A stretch of 64,000 nucleotides of DNA from an uncultured virus (IMG/VR IMGVR_UViG_3300010352_000682) (Duplodnaviria > Heunggongvirae > Uroviricota > Caudoviricetes), in the IMG/VR virus record IMGVR_UViG_3300010352_000682; one strand, 5' to 3'. Positions 54,343-64,000 of the stretch are shown one piece after another (within the stretch, counting starts at the first letter, position 1; each line of letters starts with the position of its first letter). A program made the position numbers and the translations under genes. The notes under the pieces were generated by a model. It was not told the DNA's origin. It searched no databases and saw nothing but the letters and a program-made list of their open reading frames with translations.

Positions 54343-54534
54343 TTAATGATTATAGACGTGATATATTAAATTATCGTCATTAATGCCATTGCCGTATGAG
54401 ATAACATATTGACTGCTATTATCGCTAATAAGTCGTGCGGACTGTATTGTATTGTACTTGCCTATCATATATACACTTGCAAATAGAGCGGCCATAATAA
54501 CGGCATATATTAATAGTTTAATTACATCTTTCAT
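54343..54534 (-). CDS. Small N-terminally anchored membrane protein
   Basis: RBS GGGAG; one TM segment; flanked by terminator hairpins. Confidence 0.6.
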   Translation of the reverse strand: MKDVIKLLIYAVIMAALFASVYMIGKYNTIQSARLISDNSSQYVISYGNGINDDNLIYHVYNH

Positions 54535-54591
54535 ATTTGTGCTCCCATTATAATACCGGCGGCATATTTCAGCCGCCGGTATTAATTGATG

Positions 54592-55263
54592 TTACTTTGT
54601 TACTACTGCCGCCGGGGCAGATGTTTTGACTTCTGTCGCCTTGGTAATTGGGGCCGGGCCGGTAACCTTGCTATCGGCCTTGATTTTATCGGCGGCTTTT
54701 TCGGCGGCCGTCTCTTTTCGTGTTTCAACCTTGCTTGTTTTGGCATGATGGGAGCGGCCCTTTTCAGTCGGTACTTTCGGCTCCCCGCTATCGCTCTTGG
54801 CCGTGGCGCTCTTGGCCGTGGCGCTCTTGGCCGTGGCGCTCTTGGCCGTGGCGCTCTTGGCCGTGGCGCTCTTGGCCGTGGCGCTCTTGGCCGTGGCGCT
54901 CTTGGCCGTGGCGCTCTTGGCCGTGGCATTGGCCTTGACCGTGGGCGTGGGCGTGGGCTGTTCTTTTGCAAAGGCCTGAGCGGCTTTGTTTCTATCGGCC
55001 CGGACTTGCTTGTAGTATTCGTGATAGTAGCGCGTGCCTTGATCGCTAATTGTCTGAATTAAAGTCTTTTCGGGCCGGCTCATATTGTCGCGCTCAAGCG
55101 TGGCCAAAACTGCCTTTACATCTGCCAAGGGGACATAGCTCTTTTTACCAAATAAATCAGTAAGGAGCGGCTCCACCTTTTCACAAATTGCAATGAGCTT
55201 TTTGTTGTCGGTCAAGCTCTTTTGTTCCGCCGCGATCTCCGTCCAAAATCTTTTGTCTGCCAT
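54592..55263 (-). CDS. Lys/Ala/Thr-rich protein with (ATAKS)9 repeat and histone-H1-like tail
   Basis: RBS GAGGT; 9 x 15-bp repeat at 54793-54927; terminator hairpin near 54548-54585. Confidence 0.75.
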   Translation of the reverse strand: MADKRFWTEIAAEQKSLTDNKKLIAICEKVEPLLTDLFGKKSYVPLADVKAVLATLERDNMSRPEKTLIQTISDQGTRYYHEYYKQVRADRNKAAQAFAKEQPTPTPTVKANATAKSATAKSATAKSATAKSATAKSATAKSATAKSATAKSATAKSDSGEPKVPTEKGRSHHAKTSKVETRKETAAEKAADKIKADSKVTGPAPITKATEVKTSAPAAVVTK

Positions 55264-55393
55264 AGTAATTTTTACCTCTTTTTAGTGTTGTCGTATTTAA
55301 CGCGCCGCCACGCGCGATATGCTGTAGACATATCTAATTGTCAAGGTGCAGTACCGTGGCATTCGGTCGCCGGGGGCTTTGTTTCATGATACC

Positions 55394-55439
55394 AATATAA
55401 ACTTTTCAAAAGACTTTGTATACTGGCGGATTGTACAAA
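55394..55439 (-). promoter_or_regulatory. Promoter with abutting box and downstream boxA-like element
   Basis: TATACA-17-TATATT preceded by TTTGTACAATCCGCCAG; TGCACCTTGACAA near 55338-55350. Confidence 0.55.
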
Positions 55440-55822
55440 AATGATGGTCTGTTTTTGTGCAATATTTTATACCTATATAATATAGCAATTCATCGGGGGG
55501 AATTTTAATCGCGCTCATTGGTAAAGTCCTGGGAGCCATATCCGGCCGGGGACGTATAGGGACATATCCAAGGAGGAATTACAATATCGTCCGCGATAGT
55601 ATATCCAAGGAGTATTTATAATTATATCCCCGGAAACGTATCACACAAAATTTTTTGGAATGATTCCCAAGGAGCAAATTGGACTCTATATATGCGCAGA
55701 ACACGTCCAAAATCCCAGGAATTTGTGCAACATGCACAAAAACTCCCAGGAATAGTTGTATTTTCACTATGGATAAAAGTTAATCCCCTTGTGCAATATG
55801 CACAAAGGGATAATTGGAATAT

Positions 55823-56281
55823 TTAATTCATTTTGTCTGGAAGCTCAACTCTAACTGTCAATTCAGTAGGAGCATTTGCATCCACTTTCATTTGGAAATC
55901 AATTTGACGTTTTGCTAAAGCATCCAGAGCTTTTAATCGGTCGGATAAACTGGGATCCAAACCGAATTGGTCCATTATTTCACCACGAGCAATTGCAGAA
56001 TACATTTCAAGGATTTGTTGAGCTTCCAATATATTTGAACTGTGTAGCTTTGCATTTTTCATGCCGATAATTTCGCGGATTTCGGAACGTCCAAGGAGCT
56101 TTCGAGAACTTCCATATGTTGTAGATTTGGAATACCCAGCTCGTTCTGCTGCTTTTGTTGGATTGAAGTCTATAAGGAACTCGTCTATGAAGCGTTTCTG
56201 CTTCTCTGGAAGTCTTGCTTCTATTGCTTCCACTTGTTCATCTGTCATAGTCTGTTGGAATTTATATTTACTATAATCCAT
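55823..56281 (-). CDS. terS: Terminase small subunit
   Basis: KQKRFIDEFLIDFNPTKAAERAGYS, IARGE, DRLKALDALAKR. Confidence 0.92.
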   Translation of the reverse strand: MDYSKYKFQQTMTDEQVEAIEARLPEKQKRFIDEFLIDFNPTKAAERAGYSKSTTYGSSRKLLGRSEIREIIGMKNAKLHSSNILEAQQILEMYSAIARGEIMDQFGLDPSLSDRLKALDALAKRQIDFQMKVDANAPTELTVRVELPDKMN

Positions 56282-56365
56282 TTTTACTACCCTCTCTGTT
56301 ATATAAAAAAATAGGAAGTAATTCTTTTATTACTTCCTATATTATATATTATTATTAATCATTTG

Positions 56366-59300
56366 TCAAGTGTCCCTTTTTTCTACCCCGCCCAGGATTC
56401 GTTTTAATTCTTCCCGTTGATTGTATCCTATAGTTAAAATATTTTTTTCATATACCCACCAATTCATTTCTCCTCTTATTGGATGGTTAAATTTTATAAG
56501 ATAATCATATAGCACTCCATCAGTTGATATAATTGTTCCTGTAATACCATCAATGGATAAATCATCTACTGTTCCACATAGTGTTACTTTCTGTCCTACT
56601 TTATATTTCATTTTCTTGCCTCCTAAATATATCATAATTTAATATGTTATTACTATATATAAAATTAATAAGTGGAATATAGAAGTCTTGTTTTTCTATT
56701 TCTCCTACTACTATTCCCTTTATTACCTGTATTGTTCCTATATTAGTTACGCCAGTTTCTTTTACCGCCCAAACTTCGCCGGATATCTTACAATCTATTT
56801 TTAAATTCGATTTGGTCATACTCTACTGGAAATATTTCACGCTCCCGAAATGCCGCAGTAATTTGATTGTCTCCATCAAAATTTTTGTTTAAGACAAAAC
56901 TTATGATATATGGAAAATTAACCTCAAAAGAATTACAGCGAATAATAACTCCCACCACTCCAGTAATTTTTTTATAATAAACATCATCTTCTGGAATTTT
57001 AACAAGAACGTGTTGTCCTATACTGTATCTCATTTTATATCCTCCAATCTCATATTGCATTTTCCAAGGAATATTTTATTTTCTCTTGGTCATACATCGA
57101 AGGACGTAGATTTTTTCCTGCTATCCACAAAGTGATTTTATAATCAGGAAAATAGACTGAATAAATATTATTCACAGCAATTCCAACAATGCGGCCAATT
57201 TTTCTATTGTATTTAGAGAATGCGCCGGAAAGTTCCCACACAAGTACATTTGACCACAAACTATATTTCATTTCTTTCTCCCCTCAATCTCGTTCCTATA
57301 TTGTGATTGACTATAATCGGGCAGACAGAGATTTTCCTCATTAACCCACCACCTAATTTTTCCAACTTCTTTATGATTAAGACGTATATAATATTCCGTT
57401 CTGGATTTCGTACCGGGTCTCCCATTGAATGTCATAATTTGGTCAATAATACCAAAATTTCCATCAAGATTAAGACCATCTACTTTTCCTTTTAATGCAA
57501 CATTCTGTCCTTCAACATACTTCATATTTCTCTCCTTTACTTTTTTGTTAGCTTTTCTTTTTCTGTTTCCTGAACATATTTTAGTTCTTGCAAATCCCTA
57601 GAAGGTAAAGAAGCCCGTATTAGTTTTTTATCACAGGAATGCAAAGACACATCATAAAAATTTTCCCAATAATCTGTAATCCGAGCTACCTTTCCATCAA
57701 TAGATTCATAAAACCTGCGATCATACTCAGCTCTTCCCGACAAAAAAGACTTTGAAAGATGTATACGCGCATATTCTCCTATTTTAAATTTTCTCATAAT
57801 TATATCCGCACTCCTTTATAAATGCTGATTGGTTGTATAAAAACGGAGATAATTCTTTATCCGAAAAATTTAATGTTTTATCTTCTATTTCCATACTATA
57901 GGGCCAACGTACATTATTTGTATTTATCCATATGATACGCGCCGATTTACCCAATAGGTACATATACTCTCCCGGATTATCTGCATCTATATTAACGATA
58001 GTTACTAATTGTCCAATACTATATTTCATTTTTATCATTCCTTTCTATGGTGTTTTCACGCAAAGCAGTTTGATCATAATTCATAGGAAAAACACATTGG
58101 GGCATGGCCTCCCAAATCTTTTTTCCATAAACATCTATATTGAACATAAGTTTATATCCAACCGGCTCGCCCTGTTCTGGAAAATAATCAATAATATGAC
58201 AAATTTTATTATTAAATAGTGGAGAACTTGCGCTCCTAATAACAGCCCGTTGTCCAATTTTTAATTTATTTTCAATCATAATTTATAGCTCCTTTTAAAC
58301 TGCTTTGTTCATACATATAATCCTTTGACTCAACTAGAAATTTTGCTTCGGAAGAGAAATTAATTTTGCGGCGCAAAGTAGTTAAAATATATTTATGGAA
58401 ATAATGGTCATATCCTTTAATTATTGCGGGCGGATCAGTTAACATAGAAGAAATTATATCTCCATTTGTTCCGCAAAAATCATAAATACTGCCACGATAT
58501 CTGACAGTTTGTCCGATCTTAAATTTATAAGCCATAATATTTCTCCTTTATTATTTCTGGATTGCCTGTTTAAAATCAACTTGATTATATTCAACTGGAA
58601 CAACATTTTCTTTCCCAACATAATAACCATTATGCTTATTATAACCAAAGGTTCCGTGATCACCATGGCCACAATCTAAAGGACGATCAAAATCCACAAA
58701 ATACATATACTTTTCTGTATGTGGAAATCCCTCATGAGAATTATTTGCTATTATTTTTCCAGTCAGAGAAAAATTATAATTTCTCTCATGTAAAGAATCA
58801 CAGTCTCCAATAAATCTTATCCTTATACCTACTGAATACATTTTACTTCCTCCTTATTTCAGCCTTAAAATCTTTCTGGTTATAATCCGAATAGGGTCTT
58901 AAGTCCTTTATATTACACCACCAACAATGACCATTTTCTCCTCTATTATCACCAGAATGTCCACCTATATATTTATTAAATTCAATAAGATAGTTTCTAG
59001 CGGAACTACTGCGTAATTCGCCGTCTCCAATATAAACTATTTGTCCGACACTTAAAAATAAATCAGTATCATTATAGGATAATTCATGTTCAACAAACAT
59101 AATTGATTGTCCTACTCTAAACACGATAAAATCTCCTTTCTAAATTCTTTTTGGCAATACGAAAGGATCTGTAATTGATGACTACCGGAAGATATTTTTT
59201 TTCCGATACAGTCGGGAATCCAATAAATTGTATCACCATAAACTTCAACAACTGTTCCGAAACTACCAAAAAGTTCTCCTTTAAATTCACGGCTAGACCA

Positions 59301-59614
59301 AACAAAATGGGAAGAAAACATAACTTTTTGACCCGGACAAAATACTTGATTCATTTCTTTTTGTCTCCTATCTTATCTATATATATCTTTTGATTATACT
59401 CTGATGGACGAATATGTTCAATTGGTACATTCCAATATAACTTTTCATCCGTAACACCAAAATGTAAACGATAACTAAATGGAATATCAAATTTTACCGA
59501 TACGATTCCATTACGAATCATATGAGAAATTTTACCCTCATGTCCTTCAATGTCTAGACCGTCATATTTACCAACTCCAATAACTCTTTGGTTAACAAAA
59601 AATGGCTCATTCAT
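56366..59614 (-). other. Array of 12 paralogous small SH3/KOW-like CDSs with C-terminal YxQ motif, plus one unrelated or degenerate ORF (56601-56819)
   Basis: ORFs 56366-56611, 56788-57033, 57050-57271, 57268-57525, 57537-57797, 57784-58029, 58019-58279, 58272-58535, 58551-58841, 58843-59124, 59112-59354, 59351-59614; most start (F/Y)x(V/I)GQxV and all carry YxQ near the C-terminus. Confidence 0.8.
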
Positions 59615-59734
59615 TTAATTATCTCCTTTCTAATAATATAGTAGGGGAGAAAATATTCTCCCCATATTTAACTGTTAGTAGAGTTAAGGATATATTGAAT
59701 AAACGTAATAGTCGGAATTGTACTCCCCTTTTTA

Positions 59735-59917
59735 TTATATTATTTTTTCAACTATCGGATTTAACTCAGCTGGATATAAAATACCGGTTTCTATATCGAG
59801 GGCAAAACTTGTATTCATATCCTTACAATAACAATACATATATACATCCCATCTTAACCTAAATAACTCTCCAGCCATTAAATCATGCAGATGTATTAAT
59901 GTGTGCTTTTTAGCCAT
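59735..59917 (-). CDS. Hypothetical protein
   Basis: Strong RBS GGAGGTG. Confidence 0.55.
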   Translation of the reverse strand: MAKKHTLIHLHDLMAGELFRLRWDVYMYCYCKDMNTSFALDIETGILYPAELNPIVEKII

Positions 59918-59939
59918 AGGAAAGTATCACCTCCTCCTC

Positions 59940-60191
59940 TTACCTCCCATACATTTTTAGATAGTTATTTTTTCTGTCAACCTCCGAAAGGAGTTTTGCC
60001 GCTTGGAGCCGTTTATCACTCGCTCTACGACTTAAAGACAAGGATTTAAGATTATCCGGCTCAGAGTTTGCTCTAAAATCAAGCGCATCAGCTTCCCTTA
60101 CAAGGATATCAGACTTTGCTGTAAGCAACGGTATTTCGGACCTATATCTCCTTTCTATATCGTCTATTTCTCGTTTAGATGGCATGGACAT
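59940..60191 (-). CDS. Hypothetical helical protein
   Basis: RBS GAGGAGG. Confidence 0.55.
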   Translation of the reverse strand: MSMPSKREIDDIERRYRSEIPLLTAKSDILVREADALDFRANSEPDNLKSLSLSRRASDKRLQAAKLLSEVDRKNNYLKMYGR

Positions 60192-60300
60192 AATTATTCG
60201 CCCTCCTCTTCTTCATAAATTGTGCAGGTATCTTCATCATCCTCTTCTGTCTCAAAATCAGGAGGTATCTTCTTTTTGTGCCAACACATATTTATCCCCT

Positions 60301-61356
60301 CTATCTTTCAGAAAGTTTAGTGAAAGCATCCTCATAATCCCTCTCACTTTCCCAAACCCAGCGCGGCAAAAGTGTTATCCCAGCAGATGAAACAATCTCC
60401 TTATCTTTTACTGTAGAAATTGCGCCCTTAGCGTCCCTATAAAGAATAGTGCCGGACTTTGTTACTCCATAACCGCCGCACGATTCAAGGATATACTTAT
60501 CACCGTTCATAGGACGAAGCCAATATTCACCACGAAACATCCAATAAATTTTTTCTCCTTTTTTTGCTGTGGCAGGTACCAATTTTTTTGTTTCTTCCCA
60601 CACACCTGTTTCTCGATTTTTATTCCAACTATACTGACCACCAAAATAGTCATCCTTATAATATGAATATACTTTTTTGATGTACTTATATTTTGTGAGT
60701 ACATCATCTTTAAGGATTGTCATAATGCGAGAAATTGTTTTTGCCAAATCCTCAAGTACGATGTATTCAGAAATCTGATGTGGATTATAGTAGCCGCTCG
60801 AAAGATTAACGGCCGCGACACCCAAAAAAGGAGCAATATCTGATATATCAGAACATGATCCATACTCCTCTTTAAAACCATGATCTACAATGAATTTTGT
60901 AAAATCAGGATTATCACACTGATAAAAAACAGCATCATCAACTCCCTTTCTATCAACCTCAATTATATAGTTTACGATTGGAATGATACCGGCCTTTATA
61001 AACTTTTTTGCACCGATACATCCTTTTTCTTCATCTTCTGTAAACAAAAGATGAACTTGGAAGTTCTTTGCTACCTGCAATAGAGCATATACTCCACACC
61101 TATCATCCCCACCAATTCCTTGAGGAGACATGAAAACACCATCCGAGGAACGACACAGGCTATCAATATCATAGGTATGGATTCTATCCATGTGCGCAAC
61201 CATGAGAACAGGCACAGTTCCTGGTGCATACAAAAAGCCATCCTGATCCTGAATATTCTCATATCCTCTGGCAGTAAGTTCTTTGGAGAGCGCCGCTTTC
61301 AACTCCATTTGTGGCAGACGTAATACTTTCTCAAAATTCATATATTCTCCTTTCAT
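60301..61356 (-). CDS. M28/M20-clan zinc peptidase
   Basis: AHMD, GGDDRCGV, FTEDEEKG, EVDR, SDI, GYYNPH. Confidence 0.8.
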   Translation of the reverse strand: MKGEYMNFEKVLRLPQMELKAALSKELTARGYENIQDQDGFLYAPGTVPVLMVAHMDRIHTYDIDSLCRSSDGVFMSPQGIGGDDRCGVYALLQVAKNFQVHLLFTEDEEKGCIGAKKFIKAGIIPIVNYIIEVDRKGVDDAVFYQCDNPDFTKFIVDHGFKEEYGSCSDISDIAPFLGVAAVNLSSGYYNPHQISEYIVLEDLAKTISRIMTILKDDVLTKYKYIKKVYSYYKDDYFGGQYSWNKNRETGVWEETKKLVPATAKKGEKIYWMFRGEYWLRPMNGDKYILESCGGYGVTKSGTILYRDAKGAISTVKDKEIVSSAGITLLPRWVWESERDYEDAFTKLSER

Positions 61357-62952
61357 TTAAATACCCAAGTCATCCTTCATAAACTTATCCAGACACTTTT
61401 TGCAGAACCAATATTTTTTTCCATTGTACTTTTCAGTCAGGATAAGAAACTTTTCATCCCCAGCACTTCCGCAATTTGAGCAACGATGGTATTGTGGATT
61501 TGAAGTAAAACAATCAAGACAAACGTGCTTTTTTCCGTTTACTCGTATCATGTTTTCCCGATAATGCTTTTTACCACAATCAGCACAGGACACAAAGTAA
61601 TCATCCACACAGCTTTCACAGAAATACCTATCTCCTTCCTTTACCGTACTATCGGATATGAAAATAATTCTTCCACAACAAGCACACTTGGTTACACACT
61701 TTTTGCAGTAATATTTTCCATCACGATCATCATAAATAGCTTCATCCCTCTTAATTATTTCTCCACAATGATCACAGACAATCATTTTGCCATACAAACC
61801 AAAGGAAGTAGAATTGAACTTGTCTCCACCAATGATACCGATAGCCCACGCACCAATATTAAGTACCGGATGATCTGCGCCGCGAAGCAAACAAACTTTC
61901 CCATTAAACTGAGAATACGAATAGTCAGGATAATGCGTCGCGCCATTTTCTGTATTCCAGTAAGTTAGGCCATCAGCATTTGCGGAGGCCATTGTATCCC
62001 AATAATTAGGAAGATTATTACAAGCGGCCAAGATTTCTTGGACAGTATTTCTGAAAGATGTTTGCAGAGCGGAATCATTTGGATCAGGATAAATTCGACT
62101 GGCAATCATTGTTCCTTTTTTAATCATGTACATTTGCCGATTGATTTTTCCCTCAAGGCAGTAATCTCTCCCATCAAATGTTTTGTCAACGGTATAAAGA
62201 ACCGCGGAACAATCATCAAGCATATAGGAAAGACAGCCGGTCATATATCCACCATCACGAATATTATGACAAGACCGCCACGGAGATTTTCCTGTCCCAT
62301 GAGAAGCACCATTTGACATGAGGAGATAATCAGTTGGATGAATACTGAGAAGCGTAAATCTCTTTACAACCAAAGGATTTAGACTATCGGAAATTGCGGC
62401 AAATAAACGATCATAGACAAAAACTTCCTTGCCATAACCATTGTCCGTTGTGCCAAAATAGTCTCTGAGTCCGAATTCAGTGAAAACATCACCCAGGATT
62501 CTACTCTCCTTCTTGCCGCTTTTAATCTTCTCAGCAAGTTTAGGATATCCATTGTTAATCATAACCTCCTTGATGAAGTCAATTTGGCAATCGTCAATAA
62601 TTCCAATATTATTACCAAGAACATCACGCAGCGTAGCAATAATCTGGAATTTATCATTATCAATATCCTCAGAACCAGTAACTTCCTTGTTTTTACTCCA
62701 GTAAAATCTAAATAGATCGTCAACCTTACTGGAAAAGGTATTATGGTCAGCCGGACGTTCAACATCTGTTGAGAAAAGGATTGCCTGTGCATTTTCATCC
62801 CAATTTGGATGATTACTCAAAAGTTTATGCAAATCGTCCTTTTTGGTTTCCCACTCCTTGTACACAGCATTAAGACCAACATCCGTATACTTCTTCTTAT
62901 TATTATCAAGAGCTGTTTTCATGGTACGGATAATTTCTTCTTTATTAGGCAT
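61357..62952 (-). CDS. Conserved phage protein with C-terminal CxxC zinc-ribbon array
   Basis: SIHP.DYL.MS, WRSCH, GCLSYMLD, SRIYP; eight CxxC pairs. Confidence 0.7.
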   Translation of the reverse strand: MPNKEEIIRTMKTALDNNKKKYTDVGLNAVYKEWETKKDDLHKLLSNHPNWDENAQAILFSTDVERPADHNTFSSKVDDLFRFYWSKNKEVTGSEDIDNDKFQIIATLRDVLGNNIGIIDDCQIDFIKEVMINNGYPKLAEKIKSGKKESRILGDVFTEFGLRDYFGTTDNGYGKEVFVYDRLFAAISDSLNPLVVKRFTLLSIHPTDYLLMSNGASHGTGKSPWRSCHNIRDGGYMTGCLSYMLDDCSAVLYTVDKTFDGRDYCLEGKINRQMYMIKKGTMIASRIYPDPNDSALQTSFRNTVQEILAACNNLPNYWDTMASANADGLTYWNTENGATHYPDYSYSQFNGKVCLLRGADHPVLNIGAWAIGIIGGDKFNSTSFGLYGKMIVCDHCGEIIKRDEAIYDDRDGKYYCKKCVTKCACCGRIIFISDSTVKEGDRYFCESCVDDYFVSCADCGKKHYRENMIRVNGKKHVCLDCFTSNPQYHRCSNCGSAGDEKFLILTEKYNGKKYWFCKKCLDKFMKDDLGI

Positions 62953-63070
62953 AATTTAATTCCTTCCTTCAAATAATAAAATTTTAATGTGTTCCGCATA
63001 TTTTTTCCGCTTTTAATAAAAAAGGGAGGAGCAAATCACTCCTCCCATTTTGCTGGGAAATTACTGAGGT

Positions 63071-63466
63071 TTAGCCTTCTACGATTTCCACATCGTAGCC
63101 GAGGGCGCGGGCTACATCCGCCACAGTCATTTTCTTGGCTTCCTTACGGATCCACACAGCCACATAGTCAGCGTCATTCAGGGACAGCATACGGAACTTA
63201 CTGACCGGGATTTCAACCTTCATGATATCCCAGTCGCGGTTGGTCTTATGGATGAGGGTCGAATCATATTCGGCGGAAACATCGCAGAATTTATTCTTCA
63301 CTCCGCCATCACCGTGCTTGGGAATGTTGGTCAGAACAGTGGGACAGTCAGTAATGTACCCAACATCCAAAAAGGCCGGTGCCTTGAGGACAATGCGGGC
63401 TTCGCCATTGCGATAAGTGACACGCATACCGGAGGTGAGGTCGCTAAGTTTAATGGAACTGAACAT
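63071..63466 (-). CDS. Hypothetical protein with C-terminal KKMTV...LGYDVEIV motif
   Basis: DL.SGM.V..RNG, DIMKV motifs; RBS GGGAG; terminator near 63022-63046. Confidence 0.7.
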   Translation of the reverse strand: MFSSIKLSDLTSGMRVTYRNGEARIVLKAPAFLDVGYITDCPTVLTNIPKHGDGGVKNKFCDVSAEYDSTLIHKTNRDWDIMKVEIPVSKFRMLSLNDADYVAVWIRKEAKKMTVADVARALGYDVEIVEG

Positions 63467-63569
63467 AATGTTCTCCCTTCATAATTGGCGGTTACGGGCG
63501 CCACCCAAATGTCCGGTCAAGCCGGATGGCTGGGGGCTTTTACAGGAGACCCCCAAGAACCATGCTGGA

Positions 63570-63776
63570 TTACATTCTGATATCCAGTATTTTACCGTCA
63601 ATGGGTTTTGATATTGCTCCGGCATCGGGATCCGGTTCATACTCGCTTTTCAACTGCCTGACCGTTTCCTTTGCCATGAAATAGGAAGCGCGTCTACACT
63701 TCTCATTGTAACGCGGGGATATTGCAAGGAGTACCTGACAGAATGGCATCGTCAACCACATAATCCAAAATCTCAT
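63570..63776 (-). CDS. Small hypothetical protein (MRFWIMW...)
   Basis: ATG after GAGGT. Confidence 0.45.
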   Translation of the reverse strand: MRFWIMWLTMPFCQVLLAISPRYNEKCRRASYFMAKETVRQLKSEYEPDPDAGAISKPIDGKILDIRM

Positions 63777-64000
63777 TCTTACCTCACTCTCTGAGCAATC
63801 CGGTATATGGGCAACAAAGCGGATGCAGGAGAGCTTCTTTTGCCGTGCTGACCATATCGGATGTAATCGCGCTTGCCGACTCACACATGGAAAAAGAAAC
63901 AAAATTTTGAGCGTTTGTTCCTTTGTGGTCTGGCAGACATTTTCTTGGACTTGCATCTTTTACTTCATTGGTAACTTTGATTCCATACTTAAATGTGTAC
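63773..64000. repeat. Right copy of window-end direct repeat
   Basis: Matches 1-228 with 7 mismatches. Confidence 0.95.

Noticed and set aside
54586..55062. Plus-strand and alternative-frame ORFs here and throughout the window
   Set aside because: They are shadows of well-supported minus-strand genes and lack RBSs or recognisable motifs

Overview
The window is an apparently complete, circularly permuted genome (unit length about 63,772 bp; positions 1-228 recur at 63773-64000 with 7 mismatches) of an AT-rich tailed phage, probably infecting a Clostridia-type Firmicute. Almost everything is encoded on the minus strand, and I see no integrase or repressor. Modules: an autonomous replication/recombination set (family A DNA polymerase, beta-clamp, DnaX/delta-like clamp loader, DnaB, DnaC, primase, SSB, RecA, RuvC, SNF2), three DNA methyltransferases, an A118-like siphovirus head/tail set with a BspA-type LRR protein, lysis genes and 21 tRNA genes in three clusters. 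The most notable signals: (1) a Ro60/TROVE gene preceded by three covarying Y-RNA-like RNAs, one holding a complete circularly permuted tRNA-Asn; (2) an 80-nt tmRNA reduced to its tRNA-like domain; (3) a terminase large subunit split by a naturally split intein with a free-standing HNH gene between the halves (the 57-aa C-terminal ORF is missing from the ORF track); (4) an array of 12 divergent SH3/KOW-like small proteins sharing a C-terminal YxQ-helix tag; (5) several unannotated structured RNAs among the tRNAs, including a two-copy covarying motif. All calls come from reading motifs by eye; no searches were run.
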